Both the position numbers and the translations under genes were made by a program. Shown here in pieces: positions 27,870-40,039 of a DNA stretch of 64,000 nucleotides. Each line of letters starts with the position of its first letter. The stretch's first letter is position 1. The notes under the pieces are model-generated. The model was not told where the DNA came from and did not search any database. It worked only from the letters and a program-made list of their open reading frames with translations. Source of the stretch: Mobula hypostoma. Its lineage: Eukaryota. Location: NCBI RefSeq assembly GCF_963921235.1, contig NC_086109.1, positions 14,944,001 through 15,008,000 of the forward strand, in the 5' to 3' direction.

Positions 27870-28415
27870 TAGTACAGCCCATGATGTTATGCCATTTTTG
27901 ATGCCAAGTAATACAAAATGTCCTCCTCATGTGTCTCATTCCATAACTTGTCATTCCCTTCATATTCATGTGTCTATCTAAAAGCCTCAAAGTCCACCAG
28001 ACTGCCTAATTCCACTGTGATATCTGGTAATCCATTCCCAGCATCTATCATTCTCTGCCTAAAAACCTTTCCTCTCATGTCAACTTTAAACTTTCTCCCT
28101 TTAACCTTAATAGTATGTAGTCTGGTGTTTCACATATCTGTACCTGGGAAAGATTCTGTCTCTCAGCATTTTATCGGGTCTCCCCATAGCACCTGATGCT
28201 TGAGGAAGAACAACCCAAATTTGTCCATCCTTTCCTAATAGCTCATACCCTCCAATCCAAGCAGCATTCTGGTAAACCTCTTCTGCACCCTCTCCACATC
28301 CTTCCTAACATGGGGTAACCAGAAATTCACACATACTCCAGGTGCAGTTTAACTGAAGTTTTATACAGTTTCAGCAAGACATTCTTGCCCTTATACTCAA
28401 CACCCCTACTAAAAA
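27870..28415 (-). mobile_element. CR1 LINE 3' fragment (old)
   Basis: aatccaagcagcattctggtaaacctcttctgcaccctctcc...ccagaaattcacacatactcca, the antisense of the LEY.V.FW/VQKRFTRML region. Confidence 0.75.
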
Positions 28416-28687
28416 AGGGGAGAATTCCCTCACAGAAATGAATGCATATCCTCCTTGTTTTGAACGTTCACTTTGTTGAATTAATAAGAATTTGTATTCA
28501 ATTTGCAATTCCCGAGGTGAAAAACGAAAGAACTTTTAATTATCAGATATAAAACTGCACTTGCACTTCAGTTAAATAATATTACACAATTAAGAAATAA
28601 CACAAACATCATCACACAAGGTCAAAACAAACTGCACTATTCAAGGTCAATAGAAGTGGAAAGTCTCAATAAAACTGAGATAATTAC

Positions 28688-28788
28688 ACATCCAGCATGT
28701 GACAGAATGCTGCAACCTCCTCATTCCGCTCCTCTGAGACTTCTAGTAGCTCATAACTTCCCGTCTCGAAGGTTTGGTGAAAGGAGCC
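28688..28788 (-). CDS. PIK3C2B: PIK3C2B coding exon 2 (101 nt)
   Basis: ctgttgcag|GGC...GATGT|gtaatt; encodes GSFHQTFETGSYELLEVSEERNEEVAAFCHMLD; phase 0 to 2. Confidence 0.95.
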
Positions 28789-31086
28789 CTGCAACAGAAG
28801 ATAATTTAACAATATTGCAGCTGTATTAAAATGCAATCATTAAAAAGTTTTCTTAATTTATTTACAAAAAGGAACAAAATAGAAGATTAATAGTGACTCC
28901 TCAGTTGAAGAAAAATAGACTTTATTTTCTTCTCTTGAGGTGGAAGGGAGATACTACTGCCTAACATTGAAAGGCTCACAGCCAGTAAGAAAGCTGTTTT
29001 TTGTCTAATTTTACTGCAATACGAAGGCTTCAATGAAATCTCCTTGACTTAGTGCCATGTCCAGAAGACAATATTTTCCCCCTTCTTTATAATTCATATC
29101 ACTGCAGCAAAATACAAGCTGTTGGATGAAGGGCCTCAAATCCAAAACGTTGACTGCCCATTTCCCTCCAAAGGTGATCTGGGCAGTTTGCTTTATGCTC
29201 CAGATTCGTGCGCATGCAGTCTCTTATATCTTTATATGTCACTACATTTAACTGTGTGGGACTCTTCTTATTTTCTCGGCACTAGAGGTACACAAGTAAT
29301 GCTTCATCAAGCCACTCTTCATGCAGAAGTGTTAGAGGATGTGCAGCCAGTTTATGATAAACACTTCTTAAACTCCCTGCTCTATTGTTTCTTCTAGATT
29401 AGCTTCAGTAAGCTTCTGATCTATAACCTTACCCAAAAATGCAAAAATACCACATGAAAGAGACATACGGCAAAGATTATGATACACGATGATTGGAATG
29501 AGATAGTGAATATTAAAAAGCAAAGAGCAGCTAGATCATATCTTGGCATCATTTATTAGATACAGAAATGATTTGGTGTTAAAATTGAGCACCAAGCAGA
29601 TTTACTAGTGGCATCAAAAATAAATGTAGATAAGGAAAAAGGGAGAATAAGGGTTTATGTTCATTGATGGGGAAGGATAGGAGGAGGCATGAGAGGAACA
29701 TAAACGCTGACAAAAGGCCTGTTTCTGTATTGTGTTATTCTATGAAAGTTAGATGGGATAACATTCTGACACAGCTGCTGGAGTACATTGCTAACACATT
29801 ATCCAAACTAATAGATCAAAAATGCAATTCTTGAAAGAATTCTGATGATAAACAAAAATTTAATTACCAGAGCAATAAATATAAGTAGTCATTGTAGAGA
29901 AGAACAGAAAAGAAACCTTCAGTTTGAAATATAAAACTTAAAACATATATGCAAGGAGGAAATAAAGAACTAGCACAAAAATTTAGTTGGAGAGCAAAGA
30001 AAACCACAGTATGCAGTCATTCTGAAAATGAGATTATCTTGTAGAACCTTTGGTACTAACATAGATGTCTCATCAGATATCATCTTGTAAACATCTTTCT
30101 CTCATTGCGTGGCATATTTCCTCTTCAGCCCTTTATCCATGTTTGACTTCATTTTCACCACAAGTTAGCGCTCAACTCTCTGCTATGTAGAATTCCAATG
30201 GTTCTCAACACCCCCCTTAATAATTTCTGTCAACATACGTCTTGTGAATGCCTACTTAACACAAGACCATGATCCCCATTTATGGGGTTATGCGCCTGAT
30301 AGTCTCATCACTAAAAACTTGAAGCTTTATAATTCTGCCATTAAGATTCATGGTTAGGAAATAGGCCTTCATAATCCCACCACTCCTTCTCCTCCCACGA
30401 ACAAAGTGATGGAGGAACTCAGCAGGTCAGACAGTATCCTTGGAGAGGAATAAACAGTTGACATTTCAGGTCAGTCTCGACAGAATTTTGACCATTCTGT
30501 CCAAGCCATACTTTACAGAGTGGACAACCACATTTCTTCTTGTAACCCGGAGGCCTTTCCCCTCACTGAACCCATTCACAAGTTTTATCATTAAGCATTG
30601 AACAAGAGATCATTCAGTCCATTAAATCCACACAGGCTCTTTCAAACAGCCGTTTGTATACAAACAACAAGAATGTGGGTACAGAGATAGTAAACAAATG
30701 ACTGGGCTTGTGCTGCAGAGTTGTGCATCAAAGCTGCCAGATATACAATGGTACACTCGATTATAGATCTAATGTGGTTTGTCACATGGTCTAATATGAC
30801 TCAAAGTCAACAAGCAAATGGAGAACGCCTATAGTTTTCCATTAACAATGATGGGAAACTGACACACAAGCTACAGCTCAAGAAAGCCATTGTTGATTTG
30901 GTCAGAACATGACAATCAAAATACAAAAATGAGGAGTGAGATTTATAAACAAAAGTGCAAGGCTTTATCTTTAGTCATGAGAAGATTTAAGACAAAATGG
31001 ACCCAGAGTCTATTAGCTTCTCCCCTATTCTCCTATCAAATGTTTGCAAGTATGTTCAATACTTATTCAACTTGAGGCATCACAAT

Positions 31087-31556
31087 CAGACATCCCACCC
31101 TGCAAAAACTCATTTCAGGGAGGTAGCACCATCAATTTGCGGGAGACTCCCAGAACTTCCGGGAGAGGTGGGATGTCTGCAATCGAGTAGTCCTTAGCAG
31201 TTAGCCAGCTAGTTTAAATAACGTTAGCTATGCTAATGAATGAATGACGCCTGTTAAACTCACCTCAACACATCTTTTACATTTTAACCTACCATGGGCA
31301 ATAGAAAAGTCACTGTTGCAAACAGTGCAGCGAGCAACACTGTCATTATTTTTGACCCTTATTAGGCAGGGGTACACTTTAGGGTAGTCTGGGGTGAAGT
31401 ACGTTTTATATTTTCTTTTTTTGGAACACTCTGCCATGGCGCTCTCTCGCTCTAAAAAATTGATTTCCGTGATATTGTATATAATTTGCGGGCATCAGGG
31501 AGCCACTATTAATATGCGGGAGACTCCCGGAACTTCCAGGAGAGGTGGGATGTCTG
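31087..31556 (-). mobile_element. Non-autonomous hAT-like DNA transposon retaining a BED-finger transposase first exon (copy 1)
   Basis: TIR CAGACATCCCACC...GGTGGGATGTCTG, with an internal duplicate of the right end. Encodes MAECSKKRKYKTYF...ARCTVCNSDFSIAHG...KRCVE then gtgagt. Same family at 50016 and 61782. Confidence 0.85.
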
Positions 31557-32439
31557 CAATCAAGTCAATAACCTTTCTCTACTGAATGGTGAATCTCTCA
31601 TCATAAAGAGGCATTTAGTAGTGCCTGGCAACTTAAAACTATGATACAATCCAAAGGTCTTCCTTGCAAGATTTAAAAAATGTTTTAATCACATCCTTTG
31701 AACAAACCTTTGTCAGATTACAACTCAAAAATCATCAGCTTGTCATCCTAATTTGATCCCCCCCCCCAAAACTGCTGTGATGCAGAGTATTTGCTTTCAA
31801 ATGATTGGCCCAAGTTTGAGGTTAACTTTGACATTTGCAAAGTTTGCAGCAGGAAGATCAAAACATAAAACATAATAGACCTTTTAAGATTATATAAAAG
31901 ATTAAAAGCTCAGATGCAAGACCGTTTCCACTTATAGCTGAAATTAAAGCTAGGTTTTACCAATACTACCGAATAAAGTCAATATGGTATTCAAAAGATA
32001 CATCTTTACCTACAGGTATAGTTGAAGCCAACACCTTAAATACTTATCTTTAAGCAGAAACAAGAGAAAGGAAAGCTGGGTTTTATGGATCAGGTTGGGT
32101 CAACTACAATCAGAGAAGATTGTATTCAAGAATTTGCACTTCCAAGGAAGGCAGATAACTACTTTTAAAAGTTTTAAAGAGAAAAAGAATAAATGGTTAA
32201 ATTGGCATGTGCAATCAAGTAGAATGGAAAGGGGCTTGCAGAGAATACACATTGATGCAAATTACTTGGGTTCAAGTGAAGCATAAATTATATAAATATG
32301 GCAACTTTCTTCTCGCTCAACAACCCCATTAACATGTTTTCCATACAAAATTTTTGATGCCTGGAGCGCTTCTGCAACACAGATTCTAGACACCTGTGGG
32401 ATCTATTGCACAGAAATCATCGGTTAATTTTAGTTCAGC

Positions 32440-32676
32440 AGCAGGCCTCGGGCCCGGGTCTTAGAGCTACACCCCGCCGTTACCAGGGTAACCAGGGACC
32501 AGACGGACTCCCGGACCGCCCGCACTCCCCGCCGCAATCCCATTGGGAACAGGAGCAGCGCGACGCTCAGCACCAACATCACCAGGGTGAAGACGGCCGC
32601 CGCCGCAAACGCCAGCATATCGGCGGGACGCTTCCGTCGCCAGCTTCCTCCCGGCCCCCAACAAGAAACCCAGCGG
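32440..32676 (-). promoter_or_regulatory. Isolated CpG-island-like promoter/first-exon fragment
   Basis: Abrupt GC/CpG-rich island. RFX X-box GTTACCAGGGTAAC (32479-32492), CCCCGCC GC boxes, ATTGG, ETS-like CGGAAG, and a 62-aa ORF starting at ATG 32618. Confidence 0.55.
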
Positions 32677-34475
32677 AGAGGGAGGGGGGAGGGGGAGAGG
32701 GGAGGGAGGGGGGAGGGGGAGAGGGGAGGGAGGGGGAGGGGGAGGGGGGGGGGGGGGGGGGGGAGGGGGGAGGGAGGGGGAGGGAGGGGGGAGGGGGGGG
32801 AGGGGGAGGGGGAGGGGGAGAGGGGAGGGAGGGGGAGGGGGAGGGGGAGAGGGGAGGGGGAGAGGGGAGGGAGGGGGAGGGGGAGAGGGGAGGGAGGGGG
32901 AGGGGGAGGGGGAGAGGGGGGGGAGAGGGGAGGGAGGGGGGGGAGAGGGGAGGGAGGGGGGGAGAGGGGAGGGAGGGGGAGGGGGAGGGGGAGAGGGGAG
33001 GGAGGGGGGAGGGGGAGAGGGGAGGGAGGGGGGAGGGGGAGAGGGGAGGGAGGGGGAGGGGGAGAGGGGAGGGAGGGGGAGGGGGAGAGGGGAGGGGAGG
33101 GGGGAGGGGGAGAGGGGAGGGAGGGGGAGGGGGAGAGGGGAGGGAGGAGGGGGAGAGGGGAGGGAGGAGGGGGAGAGGGGAGGGAGGGGGAGGGGGAGAG
33201 GGAGGGAGGGGGGGGGGAGGGGGGAGGGGGGGGGGAGAGGGGAGGGAGGGGGAGAGGGGAGGGAGGGGGGAGGGGGAGGGGGAGGGGGGAGGGGGAGGGG
33301 GGAGGGGGAGAGGGGAGGGAGGGGGGAGGGGGAGAGGAGAGGGGAGGGAGGGGGGAGGGGGAGAGGAGAGGGGAGGGGAGGGAGAGGGGTGAGGGGAGAG
33401 GGGGAGGGGTGAGGGGGAGAGGGGAGGGGAGGGGGAGAGGGGGAGGGGTGAGGGGGGGAGGGGTGAGGGGAGAGGGGGAGGGAGGGGGAGGGAGGGGGAG
33501 AGGGGGAGGGAGGGGGAGAGGGGGAGGGAGGGGGGAGGGGGAGAGGGGGAGGGAGGGGGGAGGGGGAGAGGTGGGGGGAGGGGGAGGGAGGGGGGAGGGA
33601 GAGGGGAGGGAGAGGGGGAGGGAGGGGAAAGGGAGGGGGGAGGGAGAGGGGGAGGGAGGGGGAGGGAGAGGGGGAGGGAGGGGGAGGGAGAGGGGGAGGG
33701 AGGGGGGAGGGAGAGGGGGAGGGGAGAGGGGGAGGGGAGAGGGGGAGGAGGGGAGAGGGGGGAGGGGGAGGGAGGGAGGGGGAGGAGGGGGGAGATGGGG
33801 GAGGGAGGAAGGGGGAGGGGGGAAGAGGGGAAGAGGGGGAGGGGGAGGAGGGGGGGAGGGAGGGAGGGGGAGAGGGGGGAGGGGGAGGAGGGGGGGAGGG
33901 AGGGAGGGGGAGAGGGGGGAGGGGGAGGGGGAGGGGGGAGAGGGGGAGGGGGAGAGGGGGAGGGGGCAAAAGGGGGAGGGGGAGGGGGCAAAGAGGGGGA
34001 GGGGGGAAGGAGGGGGAGGGGGGAAGTGGGGGAGAGGGGAAGAGGGGGGAGGGGGGAGAGGGGAGGGGGGAGAGGGGAGGGGGAGGGGAGGAGAGGGGGA
34101 GAGGGGGGGAGGGGAGGGGGAGAGGGAGAAGGGAGGGGGAGGGGAGAGGGAGAAGGGAGGGGGAGGGGAGAGGGAGAAGGGAGGGGGAGAGGGAGAAGGG
34201 AGGGGGAGAGGGAGAAGGGAGGGGGAGAGGGGAGGGGAGGGGTGGCAGAGGGAAGAGATGGGGTGAAGGGGTAAGAGGGTGAGGTGGTAAGGGGTGTAGG
34301 GGAGGGGAGGGGGGAGGGGAGGGAGTGGAGAGAGGAGGGGAGGGGTGGCACAGGGAAGAGATGGGGTGAAGGGGTAAGAGGGTGAGGTGGTAAGGGGTGT
34401 AGGGGAGTGGAGAGAGATGGGAGGAAAGGGGGGATCAGATAAAGGGAGGAGGATAAGGAGATGGAGAGATAGAAG
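32675..34475 (+). repeat. ~1.8-kb G-rich polypurine low-complexity tract
   Basis: Almost only G and A on the + strand (GGGGGAGGGGGAGAGGGGAGGGA-like units). A ~65-bp direct repeat at ~34240-34305 and ~34342-34407. Confidence 0.95.
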
Positions 34476-36884
34476 ACGTGGTTCCACTGTGAGGAATAAA
34501 CTGATCTGGGAGAGTGTTATGAATTTATGATAAAGGAAACAAGATTGCACCCTTGACATCCTGCACTTTGAGGATGGGATAAAGAGAGGGGTGGAAGGGA
34601 CACCATGCAGGTCACTGAGCAGGCAATTTAATTCAGAAGCTACACAGGTTTTCAGAAGAGGAATGCAAACCAATTTTCAGCTATTGTTCCAACACATCAA
34701 CAATGGCAGATATCAGGAGCAATAATGGGGTATTTAGCTGCACACAGGTTGGTCAGCGGTTTCAGAGCAGTAGCCTAATGGTTGAGTTATTAGAGACATT
34801 GGTGATGAATATTGCAATACAAGGATGCACTAATGACTGGATAAGGTAATGGTTTGGTACAGTTCTGCACAAGTGGGTTGGTAACTGATAATCACGAGCA
34901 GAGTTGTGCACTTAAGCAAGTGGTAGCTAACTGCAGTGATGTTTCATAGTGATAAAACATTTGAGCAGCTGAAATTATAAATTAGAAGGCACAGTTCAAC
35001 ACTGAATATGTAATTAAGGAATAATGAGAACATTGTGGCAATTAAAAACATTATTAATGATGAGGTGAGACTATAATGTCACACAATCTGGTAGGTGACG
35101 CTAACTGGAGTGGAATTGAGTGCAGCAGGGATATTTAACACCAGCGTGTCAAAAACAAGGAGAAAGCTACTTTGGGCTCATAGCTTAAGCTGAAGTCTAG
35201 TAAAGTACTACACCATTTTTCTAATGTGAGTGATCACACTTGCACAGTATCATTCATTCAAAAATAGTATTAGTATAATGAGGCTTCAGATTTGTCTGTT
35301 ACAGCTGTGGTTACTTAAACCATAAAACTATGCAAAAAAAAAGAACATTTTAACAGAAGTAGTCAGGCTTAATACCCTCAGTTGAAAGAAAATCCAGCCT
35401 TCATTTGATCAATTTGTATATTTTGCAGACTAGCTTGAACAGAAACATCTGTTTCTTGCTTTCACTGCAAATCAATATCTCTGTCCAAACAAATAATGAT
35501 ATTTTACTTTTTTGTAAAGTTAGACTGTTGATTTGATGGAAAATACTGCTGATTTCTTGCTGGCTTTAGTAACTGACCAGGATAAGACTGGTGGGTTCAG
35601 CCACCAATGTTTTGATTCTCTTAGGCCATAATGCATGTTAGCTCTCTGATGACCATCTTTGACTGATACACATTTGGGAGAGAGTACTTCCTGTTCATTA
35701 TACAATGCATTACCAAGGCAGTGTGGTCAAGCAGAAAGAAACTTGTGTGGCTTGGCCCAGCTCCAGAAAAAGCAGACCAGGCACAGGGAGAATAATCATC
35801 CAGACTTTGTTCAACAATGTATGATAGCAGTAGCGAAAGCACAGTTTAGTCAAATCCAATTAAAAGTTGGCCTTGCGTCAGGTAATCTCTGGTTCCCATC
35901 ACTCGTGGTGATATACCAGCATCAGATACAGGGAATAAGCACTGAATCACATGCAACCACACGTTATCATGTCCAAGAAAATATGAGAGAGGGAGTATGT
36001 GAGCTGGTACAATGCCCATCTCTGTCTCTATGAAATGGGTTGCCAAGGCAATTACAGCAAGCAGAAGGCGAATGGAAATTTGTAGCTTGGCTCAGTTCCA
36101 AACTGGCAAAGTTTGCATAGAAACGTCAGCTATCATGGACTATTGGAAAGGTTAATTTAGAAAGACAATTTTCCAAATTGCAATTCCTCCACTCTCTTCC
36201 CGAAGCAAAAATCTCCTGGTTTTTGAATGCACAGATTCCTAGTCGACACTGAACAGATTTACTATGCAACTTCCTACCAACAAAGATCAGATTTAAACCT
36301 AATACCCCAACATTTTCCATAATTTTCTGGAAACCAAGAGGTAAAATCACTTGCAGAAATACTGATACCAAGACAACTAAAGAGTGAAGTTCTAAATACT
36401 GCAAACTGAGCGGCTTCTTAGAACAAAGCATGAATAAGTAAAAATCTTGGCAAGAGATGAGATTTTTGTTGGAATTTGGTTGACCACCAAAGTACAGCAA
36501 AGTGATTCTGCTTCTTCCAAATAGCGTTTGGATGTTTTGATAGTGTTTTTAAATGTCAAGCATCCTGCCAAGTCGTGCTAGTGATATTGTCGAGTTTTGA
36601 ATTTGTAAAGGTACTTTGGCATGTGCTGCTGCCATTCTTGTCCTGTTTAGGTCTGTGACAGATTAGAATCTGTCCACGTCTCCTTTGGATTCTTGCACAG
36701 TGCAGAATACTGTGCGCCATTTTTGATACTGTGCACAGTTTCCCTTCACTGCAGTTCTCAAAGTTACACCCACATCCATTGATTGCAGTAAAGCAGCTAT
36801 GGCAGCTGATATGCATGCATCAGGATTCTGTCCCTCCCTGTGACATTACAGATAACAGCAGATGTTTGATTAGCTACAAAGCAC

Positions 36885-37505
36885 TAGAAACTAGGAGCAG
36901 GAGTAGGCCACCAGCCCCTCAAGTCTGACCTACCATTTAATAAAATCATGGCTGATCTAACCTTAACTGTTCTTCTGTGCCAGTTCTCCAGAACCCTTAA
37001 TTCCTCAATCTTCCACATATTTATACATTTTCATATTATACAAGTCTAATCATCTGGACCACTACCCTCATGGGCACAGAATTTCAGAGATTTGCTACCC
37101 TCTGAAAGAAGAAATTTCTATGTACCTCATTTTTAAATGATTGCTTATATAGCAATGTCCTCTTGTGTATTTAATATTTCAGTAATATTTGAGTAATTTT
37201 GTAAATATGATGCTGATTAAGCATTTATTTCTTTAAATAATTCATAACAGGTTACATTTACAAATAAGCGAATTGCATACGACATCACACTACCAAGTGA
37301 TACATGCACGCCTTGCTTAAAGTAAAGAATGAAGTTAGCCATTTTGAGCTCCCATGTCTTCCTTTGAATTCGTTTACCGCTTTGAAGTTATAAAACATAG
37401 TATTGTTTATAACTCCCACTGATGAAAATGTTCCCATGTCTACCCTGGCAAGCCAATTTAGGATCTTAAGTATTTGAGTAAGGTCACCACTCACTCTTCT
37501 GAGCT
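36885..37505 (-). mobile_element. CR1 3' tail interrupted by an LTR-like insert
   Basis: aggagcaggagtaggcca...tcatggctgatct tail; the CR1 sequence resumes at ~37403 after the insert. Confidence 0.7.
37164..37402 (+). mobile_element. Probable solo LTR
   Basis: ~240-bp insert in the CR1 tail, TG start, ...AAAACA near the end, AGTAAA polyA-like signal. Termini and TSD are degenerate. Confidence 0.4.
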
Positions 37506-37750
37506 AGCTTAGAGATCACAGTGCTATATAATGACTTCCTCTTCTGAACCAGCCTGAGCTAACAATGCAGTCTTGTCACCTAATTTTAAAAAAAGACCAA
37601 AATCTACTTCCTTCACTCAAGGTATCAAACCTTACTAGGTTGCTCAAGAATCTACAAAAAAAACATATGAATCTGTCAGCAGCTGCTGCCTACTTCTGAA
37701 AACAAAGAAAAGTCTTTATTAATTTTCTTCTCATTTGTGACCTCCAACCT

Positions 37751-38185
37751 CAAAGTTCAAAGTAAATTTATTATCAAAGTAAATACATGTCACTATATAC
37801 ACCATATAATCTTCTAGCAGGCATTCTCAGTAGAACAAAGAAATACACTAGAATCAATGAAAACATACAAAGACTGACAAACCACCAATGTGCAAAGGAC
37901 AAACTACAAATATATTTAAAAAAACAAATAATAATTAATAAATAATACTGTTACCATGAGTTCTAGAGTGCTTGAAGGTGAGCCCCTAGGCTGTGTTCAG
38001 TGATCAGTTCATGTTGTGGTGAGTGAGGTTATCTACGCTGGTTCAGGTGCTTGATGGTTGAAGGGTAATAGCTGTTCCTGAACCTTGTGTTATGGGACCC
38101 AAGACCCCTGTACCTTCTTCCCAGTGGTAGCAGTGAGGGGAGCGCATGGCCTGGATGTTGGGAGTCCTTGATGATGGCATTCCTC
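37751..38185 (-). mobile_element. Rex1/Babar-type LINE 3' end
   Basis: IIKDSQHPGHALPSLLPLGRRYR...RFRNSYYPSTI; tail caaagttcaaagtaaatttattatcaaag. Confidence 0.78.
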
Positions 38186-39025
38186 AAAGAAGTCATTAGT
38201 CGCTGGAAAAGCATTTAGTAGATATGAAGGCTGATGGTGGGAGAATGGAGGGGAGAGACAGGGCTCAGTTCATCATATGGGGATAAGTAAAGTAGGAGGG
38301 TCGATACTGGTGTAAATACTCAGCCCGGTAAGACTGAAAGCAGCTTCAGCATAATTGACAAGTTGGCAATAGGCAAGATGCACACAGTAAAGGGGTATGG
38401 AAACAGGAAAAGACAATTTCTACCAGTGGCCATTAAGAACAAGTGAGAATGAAGATTCTGGAGAAAAACATCAAGGAGCATAAAGATAAGAAACTTTATG
38501 TTATACCTACGTTGCTTGGTGAGCTAGTCCCATCCACTTGTGTTTGGCCAATAGCCCTCTTCTACTCATGTACTTATCTAGATGGCTTTTAAACATTGCT
38601 AATGTTCTAGCCTTAACCATCATTTCTGGCAGCTTGTTCCAAATACGCACCAGCCTTTACGTGAAGCTGCCCTGATGTCAATTTTAAATCTCTTGTCTCC
38701 GATCTTAAACATATGCCCTCTTGTTTTTAGCCACCCCCCCCCCCATGGGGGAAAAAAAGACTGTGCTTTCACCTTTTCTCTTCCCCCATGACCCTTCTAA
38801 CATCTAGACACTAGACTCTTCTTTGGCAGAAGTATCTTTCATCATAAGTCTGTAAATGTTTCCTCTTCCCCATTTTTTTTTTACCCAATATCCCTTTAAA
38901 AGTCACTACTGAAGGAATTCCTACTACCCTTCAGGCAGAGCACCCAAGCCAAACCTTAATTTAGACACGTATTGTAACTTTCTTCATTCACAACACTTAG
39001 AACATTTTTCAGACTTGAGCCTCAC

Positions 39026-40039
39026 CTGTTCAATGGACACCCTTTGATTTTTGGCTTGATGTACGGCATTGTTCTGGTTTCCATATCTGGACACATAGGT
39101 CCTTGGTGGGACCTGAGGAGGGAGAGTCTTACTTCTACTGACAGGTTTCCCAGCTGTCTCCCGCTTTCTGTCTTTCCCTTTAAAGGCGGAATTAGGACCG
39201 ATGTTCCTGACTCGTATCAGTTTTGTATTTTCCCCATAGGTAGACATTAGATTCAGCTTTGTTATGGCATCATTCAACTCATCATAGTCAATCAGTTCAA
39301 AATCGTCATCATCAGAAAACTTTTGGCCAGAGTAGATGTTTGGAGGTTCAACAATTTTTCCATTTGAATCATCATTGCCGGGAGAGAAGAGATTGATATC
39401 ATTAGGTATGTTCAATTTCACAATACTCTCACTGGGTAAGCCCTTGGGCCAATGGTCTGTTAATGTGGCATTTCGACTCTGGCCAAGAGGAACTCGTGGT
39501 GGGACTGGTGGAACATAGTCAGTGATGGAACAATCTCTTTGTTGGCAAGATGTTCCTTCGCTAGCAAGGAGGCCTGTACTCATAGACTGAGGATCTGAGT
39601 CACCGTTAGAGGAGTTTGTGGTAGTGGTAGCAGTAGACACAACCTTCCACAATGGATAGTATTCCTGGTCCTCTTGGCATGGATCTGGCGGGCCAGGGGC
39701 TGAGGTAGAAGAACAAGCAATACCTTCACTTAGCAGTGGGGAGCCTTTGCTATAATTGAGACCAGGGTCTGACCCAGACAGACCATGAGATCCTTTAATG
39801 ACAGTGCAGTCATTTCTTATTTGACTATATTCCAACAAAGGGTCCTCAAAAGAAATCAATTGCAGACTGTTAATGTGTTTGGGCTTGCCACCGTCCTTTG
39901 CTGTGGTGCTGTTCTGTCGAAGTCTTGAAAGCGCATCGTACTCCATCTGAAGAGCTTCCGCCAAGGCCAGCTCCTGCCGGCTGATTCCTGAAAACTCCCA
40001 TGGTTTCCAGTGTTCCTTGCTGCTTGTGGGCTGAGACAT
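39026..40039 (-). CDS. PIK3C2B: PIK3C2B first coding exon (338 codons; N-terminal unstructured/Pro-rich region)
   Basis: MSQPTSSKEHWK...GISRQELALAEALQMEYDALSRLR, GLSGSDP, DYDELNDAITKLNL and GKPVSRSKTLPPQVPPRTYVSRYGN match the vertebrate PI3K-C2beta N-terminus as I recall it. Acceptor tttttgttcAG puts the exon start at 40111 (72 nt of 5'UTR). Donor CAG|gtgagg, phase 0. Confidence 0.97.

Noticed and set aside
32406..34673. Long Pro-rich and Gly/Glu/Arg-rich ORFs (328-747 aa) in nearly all frames
   Set aside because: They arise from a G/A-only tract that cannot contain stop codons; open on both strands with no domain content.
38984..39025. C-terminal VRLKSEKCSKCCE of the 351-aa ORF as a single-exon gene
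   Set aside because: Read-through into the intron past the CAG|gtgagg donor; homology continues in exon 28688-28788.
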